Below, one piece after another: positions 28,883 through 39,207 of a stretch of 64,000 nucleotides of DNA (position 1 is the stretch's first letter; each line of letters starts with the position of its first letter). The notes below the pieces were generated by a model. That model saw nothing but the letters and a program-made list of their open reading frames with translations, searched no databases and was not told the origin of the DNA. Source of the DNA: an uncultured virus (IMG/VR IMGVR_UViG_3300047548_000808) (taxonomy: Duplodnaviria; Heunggongvirae; Uroviricota; Caudoviricetes); the IMG/VR virus record IMGVR_UViG_3300047548_000808; one strand, 5' to 3'. Position numbers and translations under genes: made by a program.

Positions 28883-29359
28883 ATGAGCAACAATCGCGCA
28901 ATTGCACAACTGAAGAAGGCCGCTGAAACCCTGGGCCAACTCGCCGAAACCCTGCGGACTGTTTCCGCCAGCATGGAACCTACTTCTGAAAAGAAGACTA
29001 CTATGGTTTCGGAAAAGAAGTCTCCCGGGCGCCAAGCTTCTCCTGACGTGAAGTTCAAGATGCTGAAGAAGCATCTGCAGATGGGCCTCGGCGAATTTGA
29101 AACTGAAGTTCGTGCCGCTCACCCGAATATCCCGGTGGCGCAAATGAAGAAGCTGCGCGAAGAACTCCGCGCCGCGAAGGATGCGGCCGGTATCGAAATC
29201 AAGCGCGGCCCGAAGCCGAAGACTGAAGTTCCCGAAGAAAAGAAGCCGTTGGTTAAGAAAGTGGTAGCAGCTCCTGCAAAGAAGGAAGGCAAGAAGCCTG
29301 TGGTGATTCCGCCGGCAAAGAAGAAGGACGCGGCAGGTTTCGAGTTCTTCGTCCACTAA
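28883..29359 (+). CDS. Lys/Ala/Pro-rich basic (histone-like) early protein
   Basis: KRGPKPK and KKVVAAPAKK segments; own promoter and terminator. Confidence 0.7.
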   Translation: MSNNRAIAQLKKAAETLGQLAETLRTVSASMEPTSEKKTTMVSEKKSPGRQASPDVKFKMLKKHLQMGLGEFETEVRAAHPNIPVAQMKKLREELRAAKDAAGIEIKRGPKPKTEVPEEKKPLVKKVVAAPAKKEGKKPVVIPPAKKKDAAGFEFFVH

Positions 29360-29364
29360 AAAGA

Positions 29365-29398
29365 AAAGGGGTTTGCATGTTAACATGCAAACCCCTTT
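29365..29398 (+). terminator. Terminator; perfect 34-bp palindrome
   Basis: aaaggggtttgcatgtt|aacatgcaaaccccttt. Confidence 0.8.
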
Positions 29399-29439
29399 AG
29401 GATAAACTAGTAGTTAGAACCCAACTGAAAGCCAAAATC

Positions 29440-29772
29440 ATGTACGTCTCCCCATTGTACTTCTGGAATGCTGAAAAACAAATCGGCGTGGTCATTCTGG
29501 CAATGACTGATTTGACCTGCGCTGGAAATATGGACTGGACTTGTGACCCGGACCTCGTAGCTGGCCCGGACACTGACAAATTTGATGGTGAAGTCATTAA
29601 TGACACCTCTACCTACGTCCTCGGCTTGGATATCATGATTCAGAAGTTCAAGTTTCATGGACAGGACGCACCTTACCAAGCGCAGAGGTTGATTCAGAAG
29701 TATTACCGTGAAGTTGATCTGAGTCTCACCTACGCTGAACAGATTGATTTTGCACGCGCGTTCACTGCTTAA
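29440..29772 (+). CDS. Hypothetical protein
   Basis: CTGAAAG leader; 110 aa. Confidence 0.7.
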   Translation: MYVSPLYFWNAEKQIGVVILAMTDLTCAGNMDWTCDPDLVAGPDTDKFDGEVINDTSTYVLGLDIMIQKFKFHGQDAPYQAQRLIQKYYREVDLSLTYAEQIDFARAFTA

Positions 29773-29783
29773 AGGAAACTGAA

Positions 29784-30020
29784 ATGACCAACACGGATAA
29801 ATTCAAGCTTTACGGGCCTGCTATGATTTCGGATCCCATCTGTCAACTGCGCAGCATTATGGTGACTAAGAATATTTCTTTCGCGGATTTGGGTAGGCTT
29901 ACCGGATATTCTACTAGGTACGTCAAACGATGCTTTAATGGAAGCGAGCCCATGAGCATCAAACATTTGGTTAAGTTTAGCTTGGCTATGGAGGTTAGGT
30001 GTAGTATTTCGATAGAATAA
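29784..30020 (+). CDS. XRE-family helix-turn-helix protein
   Basis: NISFADLGRLTGYSTRYVKRCFNG...MSIKHLVKFSLAM. Confidence 0.7.
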   Translation: MTNTDKFKLYGPAMISDPICQLRSIMVTKNISFADLGRLTGYSTRYVKRCFNGSEPMSIKHLVKFSLAMEVRCSISIE

Positions 30021-30119
30021 AAATGTGAAATTTTTACTTCAAGAACTTTGGGCAGTGTGCTACTTGATCGTTACGTGTAGCACACTGAGAATACTTGCAT
30101 CTATAAAGAGAGGTCTAAA

Positions 30120-30590
30120 ATGCGTGAAATCGTTCGTAAGCTTTCAGGTAAACTTACTCCTAGCAAAGCTCTGCCTGGAGAAGCTGAAGCTCAAATAGCC
30201 GCAATCAAGGATATTCTTGAGGCTGCAATTCTGCGTAAGAAGAATATTGATCCGCGAAAGCTTCTGAATTGGCTGGAAAGCGGTCAGGACTTCAGCGAGG
30301 TTTCGATTGAGCCACCACAGGAAATTCCTACGCTCACTGAAAAAATCAAACTTCAAGAAAAGGACAATCCTATCATTCTTACGGACGAAGACATTCGTGA
30401 AGTTAGCGTTATCGCAGAAAAGCGCCAGCAACTGTTCACGGCAGAAACTACGGTGAATCGCATCGTTGCCTTGCGTAATTATACTGAAAAGGTGCAAGAG
30501 CTTGTGCTTCGTGTTAACGGGTACTCGTACCCAGATGAGTTCAACTACTGGGCGACCCGGCCCACGCAAGACAAAGTTCTGGAAACCTGA
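30120..30590 (+). CDS. Hypothetical protein
   Basis: GAGG RBS; preceded by a hairpin at 30053-30087. Confidence 0.7.
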   Translation: MREIVRKLSGKLTPSKALPGEAEAQIAAIKDILEAAILRKKNIDPRKLLNWLESGQDFSEVSIEPPQEIPTLTEKIKLQEKDNPIILTDEDIREVSVIAEKRQQLFTAETTVNRIVALRNYTEKVQELVLRVNGYSYPDEFNYWATRPTQDKVLET

Positions 30591-30624
30591 AAGTTTTTAA
30601 CCCACAAAATGAAAGGAAACTGAA

Positions 30625-31026
30625 ATGCAACCGAATCAAGAACTGAGCATGAGCATGTTTGCGAGTAAGGCAGACTATGAAGCAGCCTGTGCGGAGCTTA
30701 AAAGCTCTAACCACGAGAAAACAGTTTTTGACATCAAGTCTGATCCGAGTCTTGTCCTACAACTTAAGGATGGGGATAAAGTTTCTGTGGACGGCATAAT
30801 TCTCGATGTTGTATCCGCTGCATATAAACAGTGGATTTATTTCCGAACTGTAGACAGTAGGACTAAGGAATACCAAAAAAATATCGATGAAGGCGTTGAT
30901 TTTGAGTATAGCGACTACATGAAGCATCTACGAGAAGGAGTGCCCAGCATACGGAAAGGAAGAGCACGCATGACACGAGAAGAGTTTAAACTTATTCTAG
31001 AATCTGGCAACTACTACATTGGTTAA
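30625..31026 (+). CDS. Hypothetical protein
   Basis: Standard leader. Confidence 0.7.
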   Translation: MQPNQELSMSMFASKADYEAACAELKSSNHEKTVFDIKSDPSLVLQLKDGDKVSVDGIILDVVSAAYKQWIYFRTVDSRTKEYQKNIDEGVDFEYSDYMKHLREGVPSIRKGRARMTREEFKLILESGNYYIG

Positions 31027-31040
31027 CCTGGAGAACTGAA

Positions 31041-31445
31041 ATGAACGATACTACATTTGATGTTTCGGGTGAAGACGGCTTTGCAGATGATACTACGTTT
31101 GCACTTCAGGAAGTGCATCAGCCTACCAAAAAGAAGGGTAAGCCAATTTCTGCTACTGAGCAAACGGCTATTGTTGTTAGCACGGCCGAACTTGATTCGG
31201 CAACGATGCTGGTTGCAAGTCTGGAACGCTCACGCATTGAGCCCCACCGAAATGCAGTAGCAGAAATCGAGACTTGTATTGCTGCGCTGGAAGCCAAGAT
31301 TCAAGAAGAGAAAGAAAAGCTTGCTGCCAAGAAGAAGCTGCTGAAGCTTAGTGAAAAGTCGTTCAAGCGAGTTCGTGCTCGATTCGACAAGCTCTGCAAC
31401 GCAGACATTAGTTTCGACGAGTTCGTGACTAAGCTGCACAGCTAA
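31041..31445 (+). CDS. Coiled-coil hypothetical protein
   Basis: GGAG RBS; heptad pattern. Confidence 0.7.
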   Translation: MNDTTFDVSGEDGFADDTTFALQEVHQPTKKKGKPISATEQTAIVVSTAELDSATMLVASLERSRIEPHRNAVAEIETCIAALEAKIQEEKEKLAAKKKLLKLSEKSFKRVRARFDKLCNADISFDEFVTKLHS

Positions 31446-32112
31446 TACGGAGAGGGGTACTTAGGTGCCCCTTTTAGCTATGGCACAAATTAATATTCTC
31501 CTACCAGAACTAGATCAAGTACGAATTAAGGTTTCTAGACGACCATCTAGGAATTTTAGTCCTACTCGTCAAATTACTTCAGCTAGACACCACCACACTC
31601 AAGATAGGCTTCTGGTCAATCATCTGAGGCATGTTATACTTCGATACGACAAACTAATGGATTCTGCTCCCACGCCTGAAGCTAAGCTAGGAGTTGTTAG
31701 GTTTGTGTATTCATGTATTGGTAGAAACTATCCTGAGCTTGCAGGGGGGAAGCTTCCCGTCAGCTAAACGAACGCATTAAACTTCTTACCGGAAACTGCA
31801 ATGACTAAAGCAAAAATATGTAAAACTACTGAAGGCAAATACGTAGTAAAGGTTCGTTTCCTGTTTTTCTGGTGGAGAGCAGTTGAGGTTGAAGTTTTAG
31901 TAGTACATCCAGACAATAAGACAATAGTTCCAGAATACAAAATTAAATTCGTACCTGAGCTTAATGCACTACACTTTAGTAGTGAGTATGGAGCTTCGTT
32001 CTTTCTAGAAGAAGTTAATAGTATACTTAAATGATTCCACCAAATAGTCGGCGTTAAGACCGATTTTATTTTACTTTTGCCGTAACCGGCGCTTTAACCT
32101 AGGCTTAGGAGT

Positions 32113-32724
32113 TTGAAAATGAGATTAATCAACGGAGTTAGATTATTTATACTAGTATGCATACTAGCGTTTCTTTCAGGGATTGGTATTACGTTAGCGA
32201 ATGCTTCAGTTCCGAAAACACGTAACAAAATATACATTCAGGATCTCAGTATAAAGGCGAAGTATTCTTTTGTAGACGACTACGAAGTTACTGCGCTGAC
32301 AAAATATGTACAGAAACGATCCAAGGTAAAACTCAGTGAGCATCAAGCTAACGTAATTGTTACTTCTGCCATTAGTAGTGGTAACAAGCTTAAAATAGAT
32401 CCTACATTGGTTCTTGCTGTGGCTGAAGTAGAATCGGAATTCAATCCGAAGGCAAAGAGTGATAGCAGCAGCGCTTACGGACTGATGCAAGTTATTCCTT
32501 ACTGGCATAAGGAAAAGATTCGTAACCGAGACATGCGCCAAGCAAAAGATCAGATTGTCGTTGGTGCTGAAGTTCTAGCCGAGTACATTGAATCCGGTGG
32601 TAGTGTCAAAGCTGCGCTCAAACTTTATTCTGGCGGTTCTAGTAAGTATGCTACAAAGGTTATCAAAACACGAAACAGAATTCGACTTCATGTGATGCAA
32701 GAAGTGCTTAACGTAGCATTTTAA
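32113..32724 (+). CDS. Lytic transglycosylase (SLT domain) with an N-terminal signal/anchor
   Basis: LAVAEVESEFNPKA (catalytic Glu), AYGLMQV, ALKLYSGG. Confidence 0.9.
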   Translation: MKMRLINGVRLFILVCILAFLSGIGITLANASVPKTRNKIYIQDLSIKAKYSFVDDYEVTALTKYVQKRSKVKLSEHQANVIVTSAISSGNKLKIDPTLVLAVAEVESEFNPKAKSDSSSAYGLMQVIPYWHKEKIRNRDMRQAKDQIVVGAEVLAEYIESGGSVKAALKLYSGGSSKYATKVIKTRNRIRLHVMQEVLNVAF

Positions 32725-32781
32725 TACTGATAATAGCTTTTCCATACGGTCATACCCAACCGAGTACACAAAGGAAATAAA

Positions 32782-33624
32782 ATGTCTAAAGTAAAAATGA
32801 TTCAAGTATATAACCAAGAACTCTACGTGTTTGGCAAGTTGATTAGCCGACACCCAGAAATGCCTTGGCTATTCAGTATCACGGATGTGTATAAGGCTTG
32901 TGAAAAGCCTATCAAGGGTGAAGCTAAGAAATATGGGAAAGATCCTGAGGCAGTATTCACGGCAAAACGCCCTGGAGAATGGATGAAGAGAAACGTTACT
33001 GAATCTCGTATTGATTCAGCAGCCAGTAAGTTGCGTAAACGGATCAGTAAATACGGTGTTGATTCTTTATCAAACAGAGACTTATGCATTAAAACACTAA
33101 AAGGACGTAGAGAAGATAAACTACAAGGAACATACGTAATAAAAGAACTATTTCAGGGATACATTGACTTTCTTCAGATTCCTGAGTTGTCTTCAGAATA
33201 CCATAAACTCTTTCCTACTTCTAGCGAATCTATCGTCAGGACAATCAAACAACATACTAAATCTAGAGCTGAACTTGAGTTCTCAAAGTACCTTAGTGCA
33301 GCAGCTAAAGTACATAAGTGTGAATTGATTACTCAGAAAACAGAACTCGATAAATACAGAGTTGATTTTATTTTCTACTCAAAACGAAGACAGGCAGCAT
33401 GGTTAATTGAATTCGATGAAGCTCATCACAAGTATCAGACTGAAGAGGATTCAGTTAGGTGGTCTGAGATCAGAGAACGCTACAGTAAGTTTACAAATAA
33501 ACCTAACAATGGTTTCTATTTCGTTAGGGTGTCCGAAGGACAACATGAAGAATTTCTAATCAACTTCCTTACATACCTGAACACAGGTAATTTTAATAAA
33601 CTGAACTTCATCCACGTAAACTGA
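32782..33624 (+). CDS. KilA-N domain fused to a Vsr/PD-(D/E)xK-like endonuclease domain (family member 2)
   Basis: KilA-N N-terminus as in the paralogs; YRVDF...LIEFDEAHH...D..R...FVRV. Confidence 0.75.
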   Translation: MSKVKMIQVYNQELYVFGKLISRHPEMPWLFSITDVYKACEKPIKGEAKKYGKDPEAVFTAKRPGEWMKRNVTESRIDSAASKLRKRISKYGVDSLSNRDLCIKTLKGRREDKLQGTYVIKELFQGYIDFLQIPELSSEYHKLFPTSSESIVRTIKQHTKSRAELEFSKYLSAAAKVHKCELITQKTELDKYRVDFIFYSKRRQAAWLIEFDEAHHKYQTEEDSVRWSEIRERYSKFTNKPNNGFYFVRVSEGQHEEFLINFLTYLNTGNFNKLNFIHVN

Positions 33625-33634
33625 GGAACTAGAA

Positions 33635-34054
33635 ATGAACAACGAATACGAATTCTACGCTGAAGACGAAGAAGAGAGTTTTGAGTTTTATCCAGTGAAA
33701 TCTATTCAGAATAGGTTACATGCTACATGCAAGAAAAAAGAATTAGATTCTAAATACGTAGTATCAGGAATCAACGAAGGTGTTTTGGGAATGACTGCCA
33801 CAAAGTACAAAAAGACTTTTGGAATCAAGGAACCTTTCAACGATAACCTATCTAAAGATCAAGTTGATATTAAAAATGCAGGAATTTCGCTGGCTACATA
33901 TACTATTCGTAATCATCCAAAGCCAAAACTTTCTAGTAAAGAAGGAATTGAAATAGGTAAGGATTCTAGCCTAAGGGCTAAGATTATATTCACCGATCCT
34001 GAAGTCATCAAGTATCTAGACTCTGCAGTGAGTAGACTAGAGGCGTTATCGTAA
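33635..34054 (+). CDS. Stand-alone C-terminal domain of the KilA-N family (member 3)
   Basis: GINEGVLGMTATKYKK...EPFNDNLSKDQVDIKNAGI. Confidence 0.8.
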   Translation: MNNEYEFYAEDEEESFEFYPVKSIQNRLHATCKKKELDSKYVVSGINEGVLGMTATKYKKTFGIKEPFNDNLSKDQVDIKNAGISLATYTIRNHPKPKLSSKEGIEIGKDSSLRAKIIFTDPEVIKYLDSAVSRLEALS

Positions 34055-34166
34055 CTGTTAACGGATAGCATCATTCATAGTTAACACCCAATCGCCCGCA
34101 CTGAGGCCATAACCCTCAGTGGGTCTTGGCTTTCTCTGCGGGCTTTTTGTTTTTCTGGAGCGAAAA

Positions 34167-36308
34167 ATGGACATAGGAACTAAGGTAGCAATCAAAAGCA
34201 AGAATGCAAAATCTGCTGGTAAACTTGCTGAGCATAAGTGCAAAGACTGGTCAGTGATTGATGTAACGGATGAAGTTTCTTTTTCTGAGAGGGCGGGTCC
34301 ATGGATTAAAGTTTCTCCCAATAATGGAAAGACTAACGATTCTTTCTGCATGGTGGTTCACGCAACTGCCGATCTAAACTACGAGGTAATTAAAGCATGA
34401 GTGCAAGTGTCAAACAACGGGTCCGTCACAGTCTTACTATAATTCAAAGTATGCATGATCGTGATATGTGCGCTAGTACTATTGCAGAGTTTCGAGAACT
34501 CTTTGAGAAAGCAGCAACTAAGTTGTTCAGGGGAAAGCACACAATCGAATACTATCCGTCAAGTATTGTAGCTGCAACTAATAAACGGCAGATGGCTCTT
34601 CGAGTTGATGCGACTACAGTATCATTGGAAAAACAACTGTTCACACCTTCTGGTTGTAAGTCCTTCATTACTCAAGGTCATCTTGAAGTAAAAGCCAAGC
34701 TCAACGAAGTTATCAATAAGGAAGAAAAGTAAATGGCACGTTCTGAACGCAATACCTTCACTGAAGAAAACTACCAATTATTGATTAATTATACACGTAA
34801 TAAAACTTTTAAGTTTAAAACCCGCGAAGATATCATAGATGAACTTAAGTCTATTGGAGTTCTAAAGGCAACTGACTCAGCTTCTGTGGCCACCGTTCTG
34901 TTGGGCCGGTTAGTTGATCACGGTGTAATGCGCATGGAATACTATTTACACGCTGGAGACTCTAATAAGTATAAGTTTACTGGGTGTGAGGCCAAGTGGC
35001 ACTTGAATGCAACTAGTAGGAAAGAGTCGTTTCTAGTTTACGACTCTGGTCCCACGGCGGAACTTGGATTCATGTTGAATCAGGCGTGGTATGATGCCGG
35101 CACCTGAGCGTTATAAGTTTAATTACGTAGTCAATGAAGTAAGTCTTGAACGACTAGTAAAGACTGCTACAAACATTGGCACCCTGGTAGTCAAGAACTC
35201 GACAGAGGAAATTAGGACTACTATATTTACAACAAAACTGGAGGGGCCTTTCCTAGGCAAAGTTCATGGGCCAGTAGGATCATTTGAAGTTGCTCAGCTT
35301 ATTCTGGAGATGTTTCGTCTACATAATAAAAACGACGGTATCAGAGTTCAACTAAAGCTTCGTGGTCTAAAACGTCCTGTGCATAGCAAGGAAAGCCTGC
35401 GCAGTATTCAAGAAGCCCTTTTAGTAAGCCATAGAAATGTATTCCCAAATGAGTAAAGAACCTAACAGCTCAGGCCGAGTTACTTCAGACTCACCAGAAA
35501 TTTTTGATTCACGGGTAGATCCACCACCTCCAGGAATGGAGGTTCAGTATTTTACTATTGGAGGTGCCCTTGTTCGAGGAGTAATCAACAAAGATAATAT
35601 ACATATGTGCATGGGATGGATGCCCTTTCCAAAAATGCCAGCATGGCTAAAGAAGCGAATCGAGGAACAGTATGAGCAATTCAGGTGAAACGCACACAAC
35701 ATTAACTACGAAGCGTAGGGATATACGATTCTTTTTTAATCGAACTAGGGCGCTTTGGACTATACAGGTTATTAGTCCAGACGACCCTGAACTGGTGATA
35801 GAAACTTTTCACGCCAGTAGTCTGGAAGTCCTTCAACCATCGTATACATTAGATCAAGGGAAGTTGCAATCGTTTGGAATTCTCAAGAGGCGCAAGGACA
35901 AGGATGAGATTCAGATCACGAACATCTAAGCTTGCGCAGAAAAAATTCGGTGGAAAGCCTACGTCAGTAAAACTACACAAAGAATCAAACAAAGAAAAGG
36001 TTACGCCAAGAAACTATGACTTTGTTGTAGTTAAAGTTTCTGATGTAGAAAAGAAAGATCTGTACGAAAACGGAAAGCCTTTATGGAATCGTATCCGCAA
36101 GCAGATTGAAAACAACACTGAAGTTCATAAATATTTTGCTGACGTAAAACTTGAACTAAAGTGTGCAGTGTTTGTAGTGAAGAGGATTGGCGGGAAATAC
36201 CATAAGCCCGAATTAACTGTAATTGGTGCCAGGAGAGAAGGTAAGCTTTCCTGGGTACGTGCTCCAGAGTCCATCAAACTGAAGAAAGCTAACCATGACC
36301 ATCAATAA
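34167..36308 (+). other. Run of seven closely packed small hypothetical CDSs (about 34167-34400, 34397-34732, 34733-35107, 35091-35456, about 35449-35688, 35672-35929, about 35904-36308)
   Basis: Abutting or overlapping start/stop codons on one strand; no recognisable motifs; some starts uncertain. Confidence 0.6.
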
Positions 36309-37152
36309 CGTAGTCCAACTATCTACAGCATTTCAAGCTGTGGCTCATCTAAATGACGATATTGTTTTGGAGAATCTTGTAGTCCTGGAAGGTATTCAAG
36401 ACTTTGCAGAGTACGTAGCTACCGAGGTTGAGTTTCAAGACCAAGTTAATTTCGATGAAGTTAGTGTGGAAGACTTCAATAAGCTAGTAGTCAATCTATT
36501 TGACAGCGGCTTGGTAGTAAGCATTCTGGAGGCTAGTGTAGAAGATGATAGCCTTAGTTTAGACTTTTCTATTATTGATACTTGGTATGAATCTAATGAA
36601 GACGACGTAGTAAGCGTTGAAGTTAGTGTTGATCTGAATCTAAAAACTGGTGATCTGGTGTTATCTTCTCTGTTTATGTCGGATAAACAAGATCAACTCG
36701 ATGAGAGTGTGCTTATTGGAGGTGTGCTTTCTATTCTTGGTATTCGGGATGAAGAAGTTAATTTGGTTGTTCCGCAGGATGAAGAAGAAATTAGTGATTG
36801 TGCGCTAGTTATTAAAGAACGTCTCACCTATCTTGTAGGCGAAGCTCTTATCCAGTTTGGAACTCGATGGCGCAAGATGGTTGATCCAGTAACTTTTGAG
36901 ACTGAGGAAGACGCAGTAGAAGTTGTGATGCCAGAGTTTCCTGGAGAAACATCAGTTCTTCTGTTTGGAATGTTCCTAGTTTCTGAGTCCTCTCGCATCA
37001 ATGAACTTCTCATGGGAGACGACGACCTTGAAGAAGATGAGGATACTGAGTCTGGTTTTGGATTTATTAAACCGAATGCTGATGAGCGTCCAATCGAAGA
37101 ACGTTTGCGTGAAGCTTTGTCTCAAGTTGCTAGTAACAAAACTCTGCATTGA
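36295..37152 (+). CDS. Extremely acidic hypothetical protein
   Basis: 285 aa; Asp/Glu-rich throughout with very few Lys/Arg. Confidence 0.75.
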   Translation: MTINNVVQLSTAFQAVAHLNDDIVLENLVVLEGIQDFAEYVATEVEFQDQVNFDEVSVEDFNKLVVNLFDSGLVVSILEASVEDDSLSLDFSIIDTWYESNEDDVVSVEVSVDLNLKTGDLVLSSLFMSDKQDQLDESVLIGGVLSILGIRDEEVNLVVPQDEEEISDCALVIKERLTYLVGEALIQFGTRWRKMVDPVTFETEEDAVEVVMPEFPGETSVLLFGMFLVSESSRINELLMGDDDLEEDEDTESGFGFIKPNADERPIEERLREALSQVASNKTLH

Positions 37153-37161
37153 GGTAAGATC

Positions 37162-37446
37162 ATGAACTCATACGCACTGCTTCCTAAGCATTTTCAACCG
37201 AAGGTTTCAACCTATGATGATGACACGCAAACCTGTGGTGTGTCTATTATCGAATCCGAAACCGCTCAGTATGTTGTTGTGAGTGAGACGCTTTCTCTGG
37301 AACGCTATCCAACTAAGTTTCGTGTAAATAAAGCTGGATCTGTCGTAGCAGAAAACTACATGGGACTGAAGGATGTTAGGCTTCTTTCAGATTTTGCTCA
37401 GGTAGAAATTCATGTTCCTGAACGTCTTCTTCTAGGTTTCGTGTAG
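37162..37446 (+). CDS. Hypothetical protein
   Basis: GAGG RBS. Confidence 0.65.
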   Translation: MNSYALLPKHFQPKVSTYDDDTQTCGVSIIESETAQYVVVSETLSLERYPTKFRVNKAGSVVAENYMGLKDVRLLSDFAQVEIHVPERLLLGFV

Positions 37447-37659
37447 TAATTCAAAGTCGTAAAACTTTGAAGACAGAATCAGTTAGTGTGAACGCTGTTA
37501 CTGATGTAGGTGCCAGGAGGGCAGCTATTGAACTAGTTGCTGCCAGTTTAAAGTTGACTATTCAGATGGCGTATACGAAATTCGCTATCGTTTCAGTAGA
37601 AGCCATCTGACTTGACAGCCGATTCTATCTGTGGTATAATGAAGGAAAGGAGCCTTGAC

Positions 37660-37824
37660 GTGAATACCGACCACCTACCGCCAGCTTTGCTGCGCAAGTT
37701 GCCTATGAACTTGCTAGGAGTTTTTATGGAACTTTTTAATGACAGATACTTTCTAGAAGTTCTGTGGCATCAATCTGCTATTAGCAGTGATGGACTTTTA
37801 GAGCATACAAGGATTGATAAATGA
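37660..37824 (+). CDS. Small protein (54 aa), paralog of 39061-39207
   Basis: Promoter at 37612-37640; AAGGAG RBS; GTG start; codon-level conservation with the second copy. Confidence 0.7.
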   Translation: MNTDHLPPALLRKLPMNLLGVFMELFNDRYFLEVLWHQSAISSDGLLEHTRIDK

Positions 37825-37881
37825 ACTAGTAACACGTAGGTAGTTTTCTCACTGTTTTCAAATCTTACTCAAGGAAATAAA

Positions 37882-39012
37882 ATGTCCAAGCAAATTCAAG
37901 TCAAGTCCGTTGGTGGTTATCCCATTGTTGCTTCCAATACTGGCGTCAGTAAAGTCTACTCAGTCAGCAACAAAACCGTGGCTAATATCCTGCACAAAGT
38001 TGGCTATGCCAAGAAGGATTTGATCGCTCATGTTATGCCTAAGGATTGGTATAGTCCTGCAGATATTCGTGCCTTGACTGATATTGGATATGCTGAAGAG
38101 GATATCAGTATTATCATGCATGAGTGCAAGTCTGTTGCTAAGAAGGTTTCTGAATTCTTTTCACGTAGTATGGAAGAAGGTTCTGCCGAACAACGCCTTG
38201 CTGACACATCAGACTACTGGAATAAGTTTGCTGGTAAGTTTGGTAAGGAGTTTATGAACATCCGTGCAGTAAAACACGATGGACAAATTCTGTTTCTGGT
38301 CGATGACATTGCCAAGATTTATGGTGGTAGCTATGCATTGAATCCGCGTAGGTTTGTTCAAGAGCTGGAGGGTAAGCGTACAAGCTCTTGTACGCTTAAG
38401 AAACTTACCTATGCTCAAATCCTTAGCGCATCTCCTAATGCAGTTTCTGACGCACGAAGTTTTCGTCAAGGTAAACACTTTCTTGAAGAAGAAGCTATGC
38501 TGTTTATTCTTCAGCAATCCAAGTCTCCTGCTGCAGTTCAGTATCGCCTACACCTGATAGATGTGCTGAAGGGCCGCGCCAAGAATATGCTGGAACACGA
38601 AGAGGAACAGATCGAGCAGCGCGCCAAGGGTACAAAAGAGCGTGAAAATAATATTGATCTGAACAAGCGATTTACTGAGTCGTGTGCTCGCAAGAAGTTG
38701 GTTACGCGAATTATGCAAGGAGAAATTAATCGTTCCGTTCTTGGAATGACGAAGGCAGAATACATGACCAAAAATAGTATTCCTGAGCCGTTCAATGATA
38801 ATGCCTCTGTCCACGTAGTCAACACCAAGAACATTGCGCTAAGTATTTCTATCGGAGATCTTGACGCCCACCCAGAATCCAAGATTGCAAATAAGGAAGG
38901 CAAAGCTATTTGTTTTGCTGCAGGCTCTATAGCTCGCGTGATGATGACTTCCAAATCCGCTCGTGCTCAGATTGATGCTATCGCACGTAAAGAACTTGCA
39001 CTGAACAACTAA
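37882..39012 (+). CDS. Bro-N-like domain protein carrying the same C-terminal domain as the KilA-N family (member 4)
   Basis: IRAVKHDGQILFLVDDIAKIYG...FLEEEAMLFILQQSKSPAA; RAKGT...INRSVLGMTKAEY...EPFNDN. Confidence 0.75.
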   Translation: MSKQIQVKSVGGYPIVASNTGVSKVYSVSNKTVANILHKVGYAKKDLIAHVMPKDWYSPADIRALTDIGYAEEDISIIMHECKSVAKKVSEFFSRSMEEGSAEQRLADTSDYWNKFAGKFGKEFMNIRAVKHDGQILFLVDDIAKIYGGSYALNPRRFVQELEGKRTSSCTLKKLTYAQILSASPNAVSDARSFRQGKHFLEEEAMLFILQQSKSPAAVQYRLHLIDVLKGRAKNMLEHEEEQIEQRAKGTKERENNIDLNKRFTESCARKKLVTRIMQGEINRSVLGMTKAEYMTKNSIPEPFNDNASVHVVNTKNIALSISIGDLDAHPESKIANKEGKAICFAAGSIARVMMTSKSARAQIDAIARKELALNN

Positions 39013-39060
39013 TATAAATACGTTGAGGGATGGCGCCATCCCTCAACCGGATACGAAACA

Positions 39061-39207
39061 CCACCAGCGCTACTGCGCAAGTTCCCCATGAACATGTTAG
39101 CGGTGTTCTACACGATCACCAATGACAAGTTCTTTTTAGACCTGCTCTGGCAGCAGGCATCCATTGACCGTGACGGTCTTTTTGAACATACGAGGATTGA
39201 CAAATGA
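39061..39207 (+). pseudogene. 5'-truncated paralog of 37660-37824 (could be translated from ATG 39088)
   Basis: PPALLRKFPMNMLAVFY...GLFEHTRIDK*; no in-frame start before PPALL. Confidence 0.55.

Noticed and set aside
39013..39020. T4-type late promoter TATAAATA (also 54367-54374)
   Set aside because: Only two copies noticed in AT-rich DNA, and none before the structural-looking genes
39010..39207. Stop-codon readthrough from the Bro-N gene into the in-frame small-gene copy
   Set aside because: In-frame by a 1-in-3 chance; TAA is used as a normal stop throughout the window
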